DNA from: a virus
Strand: one strand, 5' to 3'
Virus genome (UHGV): UHGV-1365321
DNA length: 46,520 nt
Part shown: positions 26,413 through 34,987 of the stretch, piece by piece
Layout: each line of letters opens with the position of its first letter
Position numbering within the stretch: the stretch's first letter is position 1
The notes under the pieces: model-generated
What the model was told of the DNA's origin: nothing
The model's database searches: none
Seen by the model: only the letters and a program-made list of their open reading frames with translations
Translations under genes and position numbers: made by a program

Positions 26413-27501
26413 ATGGAAAAGATTATCTTTACGAAAGGCCTGATCACCAACTCGCAGGTGGTTAGAGAGCAGTGGCGCCATCTGACCGTTGACCGCAAGG
26501 TTTTCATCAATGGTGAAAACGCTCTGGCGAAAGAATACGGCGTAAACGCCACCGCACTGGTAACGAAAGACTACTGGCGCGAAGTGGATGACGTGACCAC
26601 CCGTGTATTCCGCAACGAGTCCGGCATGGACATGATGGCCGACCTGATGACGCTGGCGACCAACATCAATATCGGCAAGACCGTGGCAGTTAGCCGCATG
26701 GCTTCCGACGCTGGTAAGGTTGTGCGCACTATCTCCGGTCAGGAGCCTGAAGACCTGGATAAAACCCGCTACTCCTACAGCGGCGATGTAATCCCGATCT
26801 TCAAAACCGGTTATGGCCGCGAGTGGCGTGAGCTGCTTGGCATGCAGTCTGAAGGTTTCGACCCGCTGATTGATGACCAGGAAAGCACCACCTTCAACCT
26901 GCGCGCAGACATGGCTGATTATCTGCTGGTCGGCGACGCAAGCCTGAACGTGAATGGCGTTTATACTGCTTACGGCATCACCAACCACCCGAACACCGTG
27001 CAGCTTAACCTGGGTGAATCCGGTACTGGCGCTCTGAACATCGACCTGCAAACTGCAACCCCTGATGAAATCGTTGAGTTCTTCAACCAGGATTTCCAGG
27101 CGGTTCTGGATGCACAGAACGTGTTCGAGCCGGTTACTCTGTGGGTATCTCCGTCTGTGCGTCGCTCCTTCAGCCGTCCGTACTCCAACGCGGCAGGCTT
27201 CAAAGGCGGCACCATTGAGGATTACATCCTCGCATTCGGCAAAACCGGCAACGTTGGCCGCATCGCGTCTATCGGAACCAACTTCAAGCTGACCGGGAAC
27301 CATTTCGTCGGCTATGTGAAGAATGCGCTGTATATCCGCCCTCGCGTCGCTCAGCCGGTATCCACCTATGCAGAGCCGCGTACCACGCCGCACGCTAACT
27401 TTAACTTCCTGACCTGGGCTGCTATGGGCTTGCAAATTAAAAAGGATTTTGCGGGTCGAAGCAAGGTATTCAACGCATACGGCACACAAACCGCGCTGTA
27501 A
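26413..27501 (+). CDS. major capsid protein (putative)
   Basis: 362 aa with strong SD TAAGGAG and a terminator right after; the rest is positional. Confidence 0.7.
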   Translation: MEKIIFTKGLITNSQVVREQWRHLTVDRKVFINGENALAKEYGVNATALVTKDYWREVDDVTTRVFRNESGMDMMADLMTLATNINIGKTVAVSRMASDAGKVVRTISGQEPEDLDKTRYSYSGDVIPIFKTGYGREWRELLGMQSEGFDPLIDDQESTTFNLRADMADYLLVGDASLNVNGVYTAYGITNHPNTVQLNLGESGTGALNIDLQTATPDEIVEFFNQDFQAVLDAQNVFEPVTLWVSPSVRRSFSRPYSNAAGFKGGTIEDYILAFGKTGNVGRIASIGTNFKLTGNHFVGYVKNALYIRPRVAQPVSTYAEPRTTPHANFNFLTWAAMGLQIKKDFAGRSKVFNAYGTQTAL

Positions 27502-27504
27502 AAA

Positions 27505-27528
27505 CAAAGGGGCGAAAGCCCCTTTTAA
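27505..27528 (+). terminator. rho-independent terminator after the capsid gene
   Basis: AAGGGGC-GAAA-GCCCCTT followed by TTT. Confidence 0.75.
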
Positions 27529-27543
27529 CTATCAGAGGTTATT

Positions 27544-27738
27544 ATGGCTAAATATGAAGTAATCGCCAGCGGAATCTTCGTCAAGGATAAAGACGGTCGC
27601 CTGCGTGAGCTTGCTATTGGCGATGTCATTGACGAATCCACTCCGCACATTGAGTCAAAACTTCGCCCGGTTAGTGAGAAAATTCTGGAAGTTGCAACTC
27701 CGCAAGAATCGCAGCCAAAGGCGAAGAAAACCAAGTAA
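27544..27738 (+). CDS. small hypothetical protein
   Basis: 64 aa ORF. Confidence 0.5.
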   Translation: MAKYEVIASGIFVKDKDGRLRELAIGDVIDESTPHIESKLRPVSEKILEVATPQESQPKAKKTK

Positions 27739-27743
27739 AATAA

Positions 27744-27767
27744 ACCCGCAAACAAGCGGGTTTTTTA
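27744..27767 (+). terminator. rho-independent terminator
   Basis: CCCGC-AAACAA-GCGGG followed by T6. Confidence 0.75.
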
Positions 27768-27779
27768 TTGGGGGTTATC

Positions 27780-28598
27780 ATGGCTGTCAGGTACGAAATA
27801 AACACAACTCCGGCTGACGGAGAGGTTTTGCTTAGCGAAACCATGTCAGCAGACTGGACTGCATTGCAGGTACAGATTGTGCCGTTAAACTCTTCCGGCG
27901 GTCATGCACCATTAACAAGCGGCTCTGTCTCCGTAATGGTATCGCCGTTTGCATCTGGTGACTTCTGGATTGACGTTAACAATAATAATTATTATGGCGT
28001 GGCATTGCGACTGAAGGTGATCAAGTCGCAGCTCCCTGCTGGCGTTGCATCTCTGAAAGTCCTGGTATGGCGAGCTGATACCTCAGTGCCATCAAGTCAG
28101 GTTGTCGCGCAGTCCTACTCGGAGCTTGCCAATAAGCAAGGGAAGTTATTCACCGCATCGCGTCGCGTGACTGATGTCGCTGGCGGGGCTAACCTTGACA
28201 GCATTTTTATTACCGGCTCAAAACAGGTTGTGTTTAACCAGCGCATAATCGGATACACCGGTAAAGGTGTCGTAGCGTCAATCTACCGTGGAGCCGTAGC
28301 CACTGGCGGAACCGCTGCGGAGATTAATAACCCAAATGACATCGCACCGCATACTGCAGCGGCACAGCTTCTGACTGGCTCTACGGTGACAAGTATCGGT
28401 CAGCTGACGGTGGCTGCAACGTATAGTGAAGGGAACGCATCTAATCAGGGGCAGGGTAATTCGCAGGCAAAGCTCGGCGAACAGGTCATCATGGCACCTG
28501 ATACCACCTATCTGTTACGCATCACATCCCTGGATACTGCTGCGCAAAATATCAATGCTTATGTTTCGTGGTTTGAGGATGACGCTTATCTTCCGTGA
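27780..28598 (+). CDS. virion-associated protein (unknown)
   Basis: 272 aa; the ATG at 27780 is preferred over an upstream TTG. Confidence 0.5.
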   Translation: MAVRYEINTTPADGEVLLSETMSADWTALQVQIVPLNSSGGHAPLTSGSVSVMVSPFASGDFWIDVNNNNYYGVALRLKVIKSQLPAGVASLKVLVWRADTSVPSSQVVAQSYSELANKQGKLFTASRRVTDVAGGANLDSIFITGSKQVVFNQRIIGYTGKGVVASIYRGAVATGGTAAEINNPNDIAPHTAAAQLLTGSTVTSIGQLTVAATYSEGNASNQGQGNSQAKLGEQVIMAPDTTYLLRITSLDTAAQNINAYVSWFEDDAYLP

Positions 28599-28602
28599 TA
28601 AG

Positions 28603-28632
28603 AGAAAAGCCCCGAAAGGGGCTTATTTGCGC
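28603..28632. terminator. bidirectional terminator
   Basis: AAAGCCCC-GAAA-GGGGCTT. Confidence 0.7.
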
Positions 28633-28799
28633 TTATTCTTCAAATGATGCTGCCTGGCGATATAAAGAAGTTCGTCGAACACCTTTCCAGTCATATTGCG
28701 ACACTGCCTGTACTGCATCAGTGCCGCATCAATCGCGCCCTGTTCAATATCCGGGATTTTCGCCCGGATGTTTTTGGCTATGAAGTCTTCGGGGGTCAT
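28623..28799 (-). CDS. 58 aa hypothetical protein (last gene of the minus cassette)
   Basis: Not in the ORF track because it is shorter than 60 aa. Confidence 0.4.
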   Translation of the reverse strand: MTPEDFIAKNIRAKIPDIEQGAIDAALMQYRQCRNMTGKVFDELLYIARQHHLKNKRK

Positions 28800-28804
28800 A
28801 ATTG

Positions 28805-29065
28805 TTAGCCCTCATCATTAATGCTATGCAGTTTTCCACCGCAGAATGGGCAGAAGTTCAGGATTACAGGGCTGCCATTTCCTGACTGGTATGTAATTTT
28901 TTTCCCAAGAGATTCTCCAGTTGAAATCAACATAGAATGACCAGCAACCAGACCTTTTGTTTTTTTGTTGGACACATATTGAAGATATTCAGCCAGGTGC
29001 GCGCAGATATTAGTAGCATAACGCTTCCCTTGGCTTGCGCATGGAATTAATTTATTTGTCATCAC
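28805..29065 (-). CDS. small zinc-ribbon protein
   Basis: 86 aa with a C-terminal CPFCGGKL. Confidence 0.5.
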   Translation of the reverse strand: MMTNKLIPCASQGKRYATNICAHLAEYLQYVSNKKTKGLVAGHSMLISTGESLGKKITYQSGNGSPVILNFCPFCGGKLHSINDEG

Positions 29066-29877
29066 AGCTTCTCCAGAATCGCCAGCACTTCACTCAACTC
29101 AGCGGAAGGAAGGCGCAAAAATTCTTCTGTCTCCTGCGCCACATGTCCCTCAGCAACAACCATGTGATCTGCTTCTTTCAGCAACTGAATCAGGCGGTCA
29201 ATCGGCTTAACTTTTTTGGCCTTGAGAGTTTTAGCTGTCACCTTATCCTTGCCCTGCGCTTTCGCTTCCTCAACGGCGGCATCAATAACGTTAACGGCAT
29301 CATCGCCATGCTCACGTGCGACCGCAACGGCGTTGGCATAGCTGATTTGGCCTGCATTGATGCGTTGCTTGATAGCATCAGGCACATCACCAAGTGACAG
29401 GTGCATCTGCACATCAGAAACTGAGCGGCCTACCTTTTTGGCGATCTCTTCATTCGTCCATCCGAACCCTTTGAGGCGCACATAAGCCTTTGCACGCTCA
29501 AGCGGGTCGAGTTGCTTACCCTGACTGGATGACACCATGAAGGCGATTTTATCTGCTTCATCGCCGGTGAAGTCTTTGCACTCAATGCGCGCAATTGGCA
29601 CGCCGCGCTCAATGGCACACAGTGCGCCAAGATAACGATGCTGGCCGTCAAGAATCTTGATGCGCTTTCCGTCGGCATCAGGAATAACAGTTAACGCCGG
29701 GATTGGCTGGCCTGATTCCCAGCACTGCGCGAAGTATTCAACGTGCTGTTCATCGGCTTCGCGGATGTTGTACCCCGGCTCAAGATAAAGCTGATCGACA
29801 GGAACCTGATAACCTTTATTGACCACGATTCCGCCGCGAGTTTCTTTGTCTGAGTAAATTTTTCCGAGAGATGTCAT
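29062..29877 (-). CDS. ParB-like nuclease (ParB/Srx N-terminal) domain protein with HTH
   Basis: 271 aa with ILDGQHRYLGA motif and SD GAGGAAAAG. Confidence 0.7.
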   Translation of the reverse strand: MTSLGKIYSDKETRGGIVVNKGYQVPVDQLYLEPGYNIREADEQHVEYFAQCWESGQPIPALTVIPDADGKRIKILDGQHRYLGALCAIERGVPIARIECKDFTGDEADKIAFMVSSSQGKQLDPLERAKAYVRLKGFGWTNEEIAKKVGRSVSDVQMHLSLGDVPDAIKQRINAGQISYANAVAVAREHGDDAVNVIDAAVEEAKAQGKDKVTAKTLKAKKVKPIDRLIQLLKEADHMVVAEGHVAQETEEFLRLPSAELSEVLAILEKL

Positions 29878-29884
29878 CTTTTCC

Positions 29885-30001
29885 TCACTTCGATAAGCAA
29901 TAAAAACTAATAACGGAAACACTAATAACGATAACCGCCAGTTGAATCTTGAACTTGAGCCATCCCCTCTGGTCTTCTTTGCGGATTTCGTGGCGGATCA
30001 T
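29885..30001 (-). CDS. 38 aa membrane peptide, ATGA-coupled
   Basis: Sequence ...LAVIVISVSVISFYCLSK. Confidence 0.3.
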   Translation of the reverse strand: MIRHEIRKEDQRGWLKFKIQLAVIVISVSVISFYCLSK

Positions 30002-30210
30002 ATGAACTCCCCAGTGGCCTTCAAATACTTCCTTCCATCATCTGTTAATACAAAAGATGGGAAGCTAAATCTGGTTCCATTGTTCGAATCCTTTACCAGC
30101 CCCAACTCAACGAGCTTCTGCCTTGATTTTGGCATCCAATGTGCAGGGTATCCATTTGTTCTTCTTATTTCCTTAAGGCATTTAAGTTGATTTTTTGTTA
30201 ATGAAATCAT
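29998..30210 (-). CDS. small winged-helix-like protein
   Basis: 70 aa ORF. Confidence 0.45.
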   Translation of the reverse strand: MISLTKNQLKCLKEIRRTNGYPAHWMPKSRQKLVELGLVKDSNNGTRFSFPSFVLTDDGRKYLKATGEFI

Positions 30211-30533
30211 TTTGATTCTCCGAGTGCTTTGGCGATGGCGGCGCGCGCTTGCAGGAGCGCAGGGTTATCAGGTGATGCCTCATATTGGTATGATTCGACC
30301 ATATTTTGCAGTGCTTCCAGCATCTCAGGAGCGGCAGAAATTAAATTCGCGTTTGCCATTAGATAATCTTGCGGCTCATCGTCGGTAACTAGTGACACAA
30401 CGCATTCAGCAAATCGGTAGTGTGGAACTTCACCTTTATGGTTAAAATCAAAGATTGCCATCCCATCTTTGATTCTCATGTCCCACGGGGCGGGGTATCC
30501 TTTGAACTCATTCATCTTCATCACCTCTAACAT
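30207..30533 (-). CDS. hypothetical protein
   Basis: 108 aa ORF. Confidence 0.5.
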   Translation of the reverse strand: MLEVMKMNEFKGYPAPWDMRIKDGMAIFDFNHKGEVPHYRFAECVVSLVTDDEPQDYLMANANLISAAPEMLEALQNMVESYQYEASPDNPALLQARAAIAKALGESK

Positions 30534-30543
30534 TTGTTATTGT

Positions 30544-30600
30544 TTCTACGTCATCACTATAGCGACAACCTCAATCTACGTCAACACTTTATGATAAAAT
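30544..30600. promoter_or_regulatory. two motif copies (TTCTACGTCA, AATCTACGTCAA) followed by extended -10 TGaTAAAAT
   Basis: Read from the sequence. Confidence 0.5.
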
Positions 30601-30745
30601 TAAACGAACAACACTCACCCCGCGCTGTTCCGTCCTGAAAAACGTAAGGCGGCGAAATTGGATATAGCAATCGGCGTTATCGTCATAGCGTTTTCGCTGG
30701 TTCAGGTGTACAGATGCTGGAAGTTCATCATTCGGAGAATAATTA

Positions 30746-31033
30746 ATGAGAGACGCGCTTCAGCACGCCGCAAACCAGATAATTAGTGGCACTGTCGGCC
30801 AGGTAATCGACAAAGCCGGTTATACATCCATCGGCACGGGTCTTGGCCTGAAGGTGGCAGAGCAGACGCCAGTAGCGCAATCATATATTGCCTCAATGAT
30901 CCCCCATTCGATTACCGAGTGGGCAGCGGTAGCCTCTATACTTGGCGCGCTGTCACTGGTGGCAAAAAACCTTTTTGAGATGTGGTGGAAGATTCGGGAG
31001 AGCAAAAAGAATGGCAGCACCGACAGCAAGTGA
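30746..31033 (+). CDS. membrane-associated hypothetical protein
   Basis: 95 aa ORF. Confidence 0.45.
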   Translation: MRDALQHAANQIISGTVGQVIDKAGYTSIGTGLGLKVAEQTPVAQSYIASMIPHSITEWAAVASILGALSLVAKNLFEMWWKIRESKKNGSTDSK

Positions 31034-31403
31034 ACTTGTCGCCGCCATGGCGTCAAGAGGCGTAACTATCACCACAGCAGACGCAACGGGCATCCTGTGT
31101 CTGGTGGCGAGCATCACAGAGTGTCTTGAGCTTAATTACCCTGAAGACACATGCAGGCAGGATGCAATTCTGCTATGGGCATCTATCCTGATCGCCTCAA
31201 ATACAGCCGGGAGATACATCACCAGCCACCGGGCGCCATCTGGTGCGTCGCAGTCATTTGGCTATGGCAGCAAGCCGTGGATGGCCCTTTACAATCAGAT
31301 GAAACTACTCGATACGGCAGACTGCACAGGCGACCTTGTGGAAGAGCCTGATGGGGCAGCAAAGCCGTGGTTTCGGGTTGTCACCGGGAGCAAGTGCAGA
31401 TGA
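31011..31403 (+). CDS. head-tail joining / head completion protein (positional)
   Basis: 130 aa; the internal ATG at 31011 is preferred as the start. Confidence 0.4.
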   Translation: MAAPTASELVAAMASRGVTITTADATGILCLVASITECLELNYPEDTCRQDAILLWASILIASNTAGRYITSHRAPSGASQSFGYGSKPWMALYNQMKLLDTADCTGDLVEEPDGAAKPWFRVVTGSKCR

Positions 31404-31534
31404 AAACGCAAACATTAACTGTAAATATCGCAATCCGTAAATGGTGCCTGCCACTGCTGGTTATTCTGGTATTGCTGCGCCTTCCTGTTCCGCGCTGGGT
31501 TTATACTCTTGAGGCTGCGCCATGTCAGCAATAG
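31400..31534 (+). CDS. 44 aa membrane peptide
   Basis: Both boundaries show ATGA-type coupling. Confidence 0.3.
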   Translation: MKTQTLTVNIAIRKWCLPLLVILVLLRLPVPRWVYTLEAAPCQQ

Positions 31535-31866
31535 CCAGATGGACTTACACATATCCATGCACAATCTGGCGGCTTACTGGCAAGGATAAGTATGGCAAAC
31601 CGACATTCGCCGCGCCAGAGTCCCTCATGTGTGATTATGGCTTCGATAAGAATCTGACCACCGGCACAGCTGGCAATGAGATTGCACAGAAAAACACATT
31701 CTGGACGGAATACCAGAATGCGTCTGTTGGCGACTTCATCATGCTTGGCACCATCACCACTGCTGACCCGCTGGCCGCCGGAGCTGACCAGATTAGAAAC
31801 GTTGTGAATTACGGCAACACACTAAATCGCAACGACCTGCCTGATTTTGCGCTGGTAACGGGGTAA
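31522..31866 (+). CDS. head-tail connector/adaptor (positional)
   Basis: 114 aa ORF. Confidence 0.4.
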   Translation: MSAIARWTYTYPCTIWRLTGKDKYGKPTFAAPESLMCDYGFDKNLTTGTAGNEIAQKNTFWTEYQNASVGDFIMLGTITTADPLAAGADQIRNVVNYGNTLNRNDLPDFALVTG

Positions 31867-31869
31867 TGT

Positions 31870-32286
31870 ATGGCCGCCAAAATGCGAGGTATCCAGCAGG
31901 CGATTAAGCGCACTCAGCAGATAGTCGGTGAGATTACTGGCGAGAAGGCGGTATCAGCAATAAAAGCCGCTACCTACATCATCAGGACTGAATCGGCGTC
32001 TATGACTCCAGTAGCTACATCGGCGCTGATAAACAGCCAGTATGACACCGTTGAGGTTAATGGCACTCGCATAACTGGCAAGATTGGGTATGCTGCCAAT
32101 TACGCCCTGTATGTCCACAATGCACCAGGTAAACTGCTTGGCACGAATACGCCGCGCACAGGACGGCTCAAAGGGAAGGGGAATGTATGGGATAAGAGCG
32201 GCGAGCCTAAATTCCTTCTCAAGGCTGGCGAAAATACACGCGAGCTTGTCGATCAGGTAATTAAAAAAGAGATGGCGCTAAAATGA
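31870..32286 (+). CDS. HK97 gp10-like tail-completion / head-tail joining protein
   Basis: 138 aa. Confidence 0.5.
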   Translation: MAAKMRGIQQAIKRTQQIVGEITGEKAVSAIKAATYIIRTESASMTPVATSALINSQYDTVEVNGTRITGKIGYAANYALYVHNAPGKLLGTNTPRTGRLKGKGNVWDKSGEPKFLLKAGENTRELVDQVIKKEMALK

Positions 32287-32666
32287 GAGATATGCTTGAG
32301 CTTGTTGACCAGTACCTTAGCGATGCCGGTCTTTATGACGGGTGGACTTCTCAGCTTGAGTTCTGGAATGATACCGAAGTTGGCACAGACCGGTTCATGG
32401 TGCTGCAATCCAATGGCGGCACGAACGTAAGCAAAGGACTCGGCGGCGATTACTATTTTTCACTCTATGTTGTCGGCCAGCAGGGTCAGTACAACATCGA
32501 GGAGACAAAAGCAAAAGCGCTTGATGTCATCTCATATATCAAAGAGCATCCCGTTGATAGTTGCATTGGCATGATTCAGTTGCAGGCGCCGCTTGGTCGC
32601 CCTACTCTTACGACAGAGAAAAGGCCTGTTTATGAGTTGTTGCTGAGGGTTGTTTTTGGTGAGTGA
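32283..32666 (+). CDS. tail terminator-like protein (positional)
   Basis: 127 aa ORF. Confidence 0.4.
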   Translation: MRDMLELVDQYLSDAGLYDGWTSQLEFWNDTEVGTDRFMVLQSNGGTNVSKGLGGDYYFSLYVVGQQGQYNIEETKAKALDVISYIKEHPVDSCIGMIQLQAPLGRPTLTTEKRPVYELLLRVVFGE

Positions 32667-32744
32667 TGGTTCCCGCGACAGGATTCGAACCTGTAATCAT
32701 CAGATTATGATTCGGGTGCTTTAACCAGTTAAGCTAAACGGGAA
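32667..32744 (-). tRNA. tRNA-like gene with encoded CCA; anticodon probably CAU (Met or Ile2) but the anticodon arm is non-canonical
   Basis: Reverse complement has acceptor stem TTCCCGT/GCGGGAA, D arm GCTT-AACTGGTTA-AAGC, T arm ACAGG-TTCGAAT-CCTGT and 3' CCA. Canonical geometry gives loop AUCAUAA with 2 of 5 stem mismatches; the alternative pairing AAUCA/UGAUU gives an 8-nt loop. Confidence 0.65.
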
Positions 32745-32963
32745 TTTGGTGCGCCGCTTCAACCGTGAATCTGGTGCCAGAATAACCTATCTAAGATAGT
32801 TTATTTAGCATTGCAGTCCAGAGGATATCAGTTCGACGACTTTAGGGTGATCAGCCCATTTCATATGTATTGTTGTGGCCCTGGTGCCTCCAGGTTGCTG
32901 GTAGGTAAATCCAGCAGGCATAACAATTCACCAGTGTATCTCTACCTTGCCACGTGCGCATAG

Positions 32964-33299
32964 CCGCATTACCACAACGATAAGATCACTGCACTTTGCT
33001 TCGTACTCCGTGGCAATCAAGTCCACCATGTAAACCTGCAATGCTCTTACCCGTTGTGTGTTGTGGTGGCCGGTGCTGATCTCCGGCTTGCGATGTCACG
33101 AATTGGCTACAGTAGAACGTCCGCTCTGCTACTGGTCATGAGCGCATCAGCCTGCGCATTCACCACAACGGAAAGAGCACTGAACGCTGCATTATGGCTC
33201 TATCTCAGCTGCGCCGACTGCAGTCCCGATATGACCAACCCATGAGAGGGTATCTGCCAATTACTTTTATGCTCGGTCAATGCTCTTACCTGTTGTGTG
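32964..33299. repeat. two tandem paralogous non-coding elements (A 32964..33069, B 33154..33299)
   Basis: Both begin GCGCATT(A/CA)CCACAACG(A/G)NAAGANCACTG and end CAATGCTCTTACC(C/T)GTTGTGTG. The termini are partly self-complementary (CCACAACG / CGTTGTGG). Confidence 0.5.
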
Positions 33300-33470
33300 C
33301 CCATTATTAATCACACCGGGCCAGTGCGCCGAATTCATTGACAAGGATTCGGAAGACCTTGCTGGTGTTTAGCCGTTAGGCTACTGCCAGATACATTTCT
33401 TCGTTTGCATTTATCTTTGTGGTCAGTTTCTAAAAACCCGCAAAGTCGCACCGAAAACTATCTGATATTT

Positions 33471-33510
33471 AATCTACACCACCAATCAAAACCTGTCAAC
33501 ATGATATAAT
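33471..33510 (+). promoter_or_regulatory. motif variant AATCTACACCACC followed by extended -10 TGaTATAAT, promoter of the major tail gene
   Basis: Read from the sequence. Confidence 0.5.
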
Positions 33511-33544
33511 GCGATTGTTTAGCTAAACACAGAGGATTCTAAAC

Positions 33545-34300
33545 ATGGCTATTTGTGCAAATGATAACGGCATCATCACAGGTCGCCAGTCGCTCATTGA
33601 GCTGGCTGATGGCTGCTGGGATGCTGTGCCAGCAGAGGAAGATTGGAAGTTTTTTGCCCCCATGACCTCAAAAGGCGTCGACTTCAGCCCAAGCACCACC
33701 ACTTCTGAGGCTGACGATGGCGATGGCTTTGTTGCAACGCTGGTAACTACCGCAGACCTCACCATTTCCGGTGATTTTGAAGTTCGCAAGGCTGACAAGG
33801 CTGATGAGTATGGCGTGCACAACCTCATCAAATACTTTGTCACCGAAGTAAAAGCGCGTCGCCAGCCGTCGCTGTGGGTTCGCCAGACCACCGGTAATAC
33901 TGTTGTCGTGGCTTACTGCAACATTACCGCTCTGAGCTACGATGGCGGCACCAACGACATCATCACCGGCTCTGTTGAATTCAAGCCGTATGATGGCTCT
34001 ACCGTTGACGTGTCCAGCATCGAAGACCTGACGCTGACTACTGATATCAGCGCAACAAAAAGCGTTGCCACTGGCGACACTCTGACGCTCGGTCCGGTGG
34101 TTGCGGCTGGCGGTGTAGAGCCTTATACCTACCAATGGTATAAAGGCACCACGCCGATCAGCAGTGCTAATACCAACACGTTCACCAAGGCCACTGCTGC
34201 CGCAGGTGATGCTGGTACGTACTTCTGCCGCGTGATGGACTCGGCAACCAGTCCTGATTACGTTGACTCTACTAAGTGTGTCGTCACCGTGACCGTATAA
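33545..34300 (+). CDS. major tail (tube) protein with C-terminal Ig-like domain
   Basis: 251 aa; the C-terminus YTYQWYKG...AGDAGTYFCRV is a classic Ig-fold signature. Own promoter and terminator. Confidence 0.7.
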   Translation: MAICANDNGIITGRQSLIELADGCWDAVPAEEDWKFFAPMTSKGVDFSPSTTTSEADDGDGFVATLVTTADLTISGDFEVRKADKADEYGVHNLIKYFVTEVKARRQPSLWVRQTTGNTVVVAYCNITALSYDGGTNDIITGSVEFKPYDGSTVDVSSIEDLTLTTDISATKSVATGDTLTLGPVVAAGGVEPYTYQWYKGTTPISSANTNTFTKATAAAGDAGTYFCRVMDSATSPDYVDSTKCVVTVTV

Positions 34301-34303
34301 AGA

Positions 34304-34328
34304 AAACCCCCGAAAGGGGGTTTATTTT
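34304..34328. terminator. bidirectional terminator
   Basis: AAAACCCCC-GAAA-GGGGGTTT followed by a T-run. Confidence 0.8.
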
Positions 34329-34543
34329 AATGTCCAGCTAATATTATTGAGGAAGAAATCGCTGCGAACTCTTTTTACTAATCCTCGCTTTTCCATATCC
34401 TTTAATTTCCTCAGCACTGATGGCGTATCTATTCCTTTATACTTGTAAGAGAGCAGATTTCTAACGTAATATGTAGGTTCACCATTGCGCATTTTACCAA
34501 GGCACTTCAAAACATCATAATCCTGAATAAGCGCTATTCTCAT
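34322..34543 (-). CDS. small winged-helix-like protein (alternative start 34573)
   Basis: MRIALIQDYDVLKCLGKMRNGEPTYYVRNLL... Confidence 0.45.
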   Translation of the reverse strand: MRIALIQDYDVLKCLGKMRNGEPTYYVRNLLSYKYKGIDTPSVLRKLKDMEKRGLVKRVRSDFFLNNISWTLK

Positions 34544-34692
34544 GCCTTCCTCGCCTTGTTCTTGATGCCCCACAAAATCAGATTGGCAATAAACTCAGAT
34601 CGTCTCAGGTGAATTGCTATCGCATAGTTTATGTCGATGCGCTGGCCTGCATATGCAGATATCACATCTTCGTCATCTTTGTTAACTGGCAT
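34540..34692 (-). CDS. 50 aa hypothetical protein
   Basis: Coupled with overlapping neighbours; competes with the 3' end of 34682..34987. Confidence 0.3.
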   Translation of the reverse strand: MPVNKDDEDVISAYAGQRIDINYAIAIHLRRSEFIANLILWGIKNKARKA

Positions 34693-34987
34693 TTTTGGAC
34701 TCCTGCATCATGAGGAAGACAATCATTGCGGCGCGGAGTGGGTTTTTGTGGTTTACGCGATGTTTAACATATGCAGTCTTGAATTGCGCTCGCCATGTTT
34801 TCTCGTGCCTGTTCACCACAATACATTCCAGAGAAATGCTATTATTAACAATAATCGGCCACGCATCTGCTGGGTTGTTGCAGTAGTCTTTTGCTTTAAA
34901 TGAATCCAGCCCTGAAATTTCCATAACCTCTGAATGCACGCGGCAATTAATCTCAAAATCACTCATCTTGCTGTAATCAGTGCTCAT
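34682..34987 (-). CDS. hypothetical protein
   Basis: 101 aa ORF. Confidence 0.5.
   Translation of the reverse strand: MSTDYSKMSDFEINCRVHSEVMEISGLDSFKAKDYCNNPADAWPIIVNNSISLECIVVNRHEKTWRAQFKTAYVKHRVNHKNPLRAAMIVFLMMQESKNAS

Noticed and set aside
28595-28783. Plus-strand 62 aa ORF after the terminator
   Set aside because: It lies downstream of a strong terminator with no RBS; the minus-strand 58 aa ORF (28623..28799), translationally adjacent to the ParB cassette, is more plausible.
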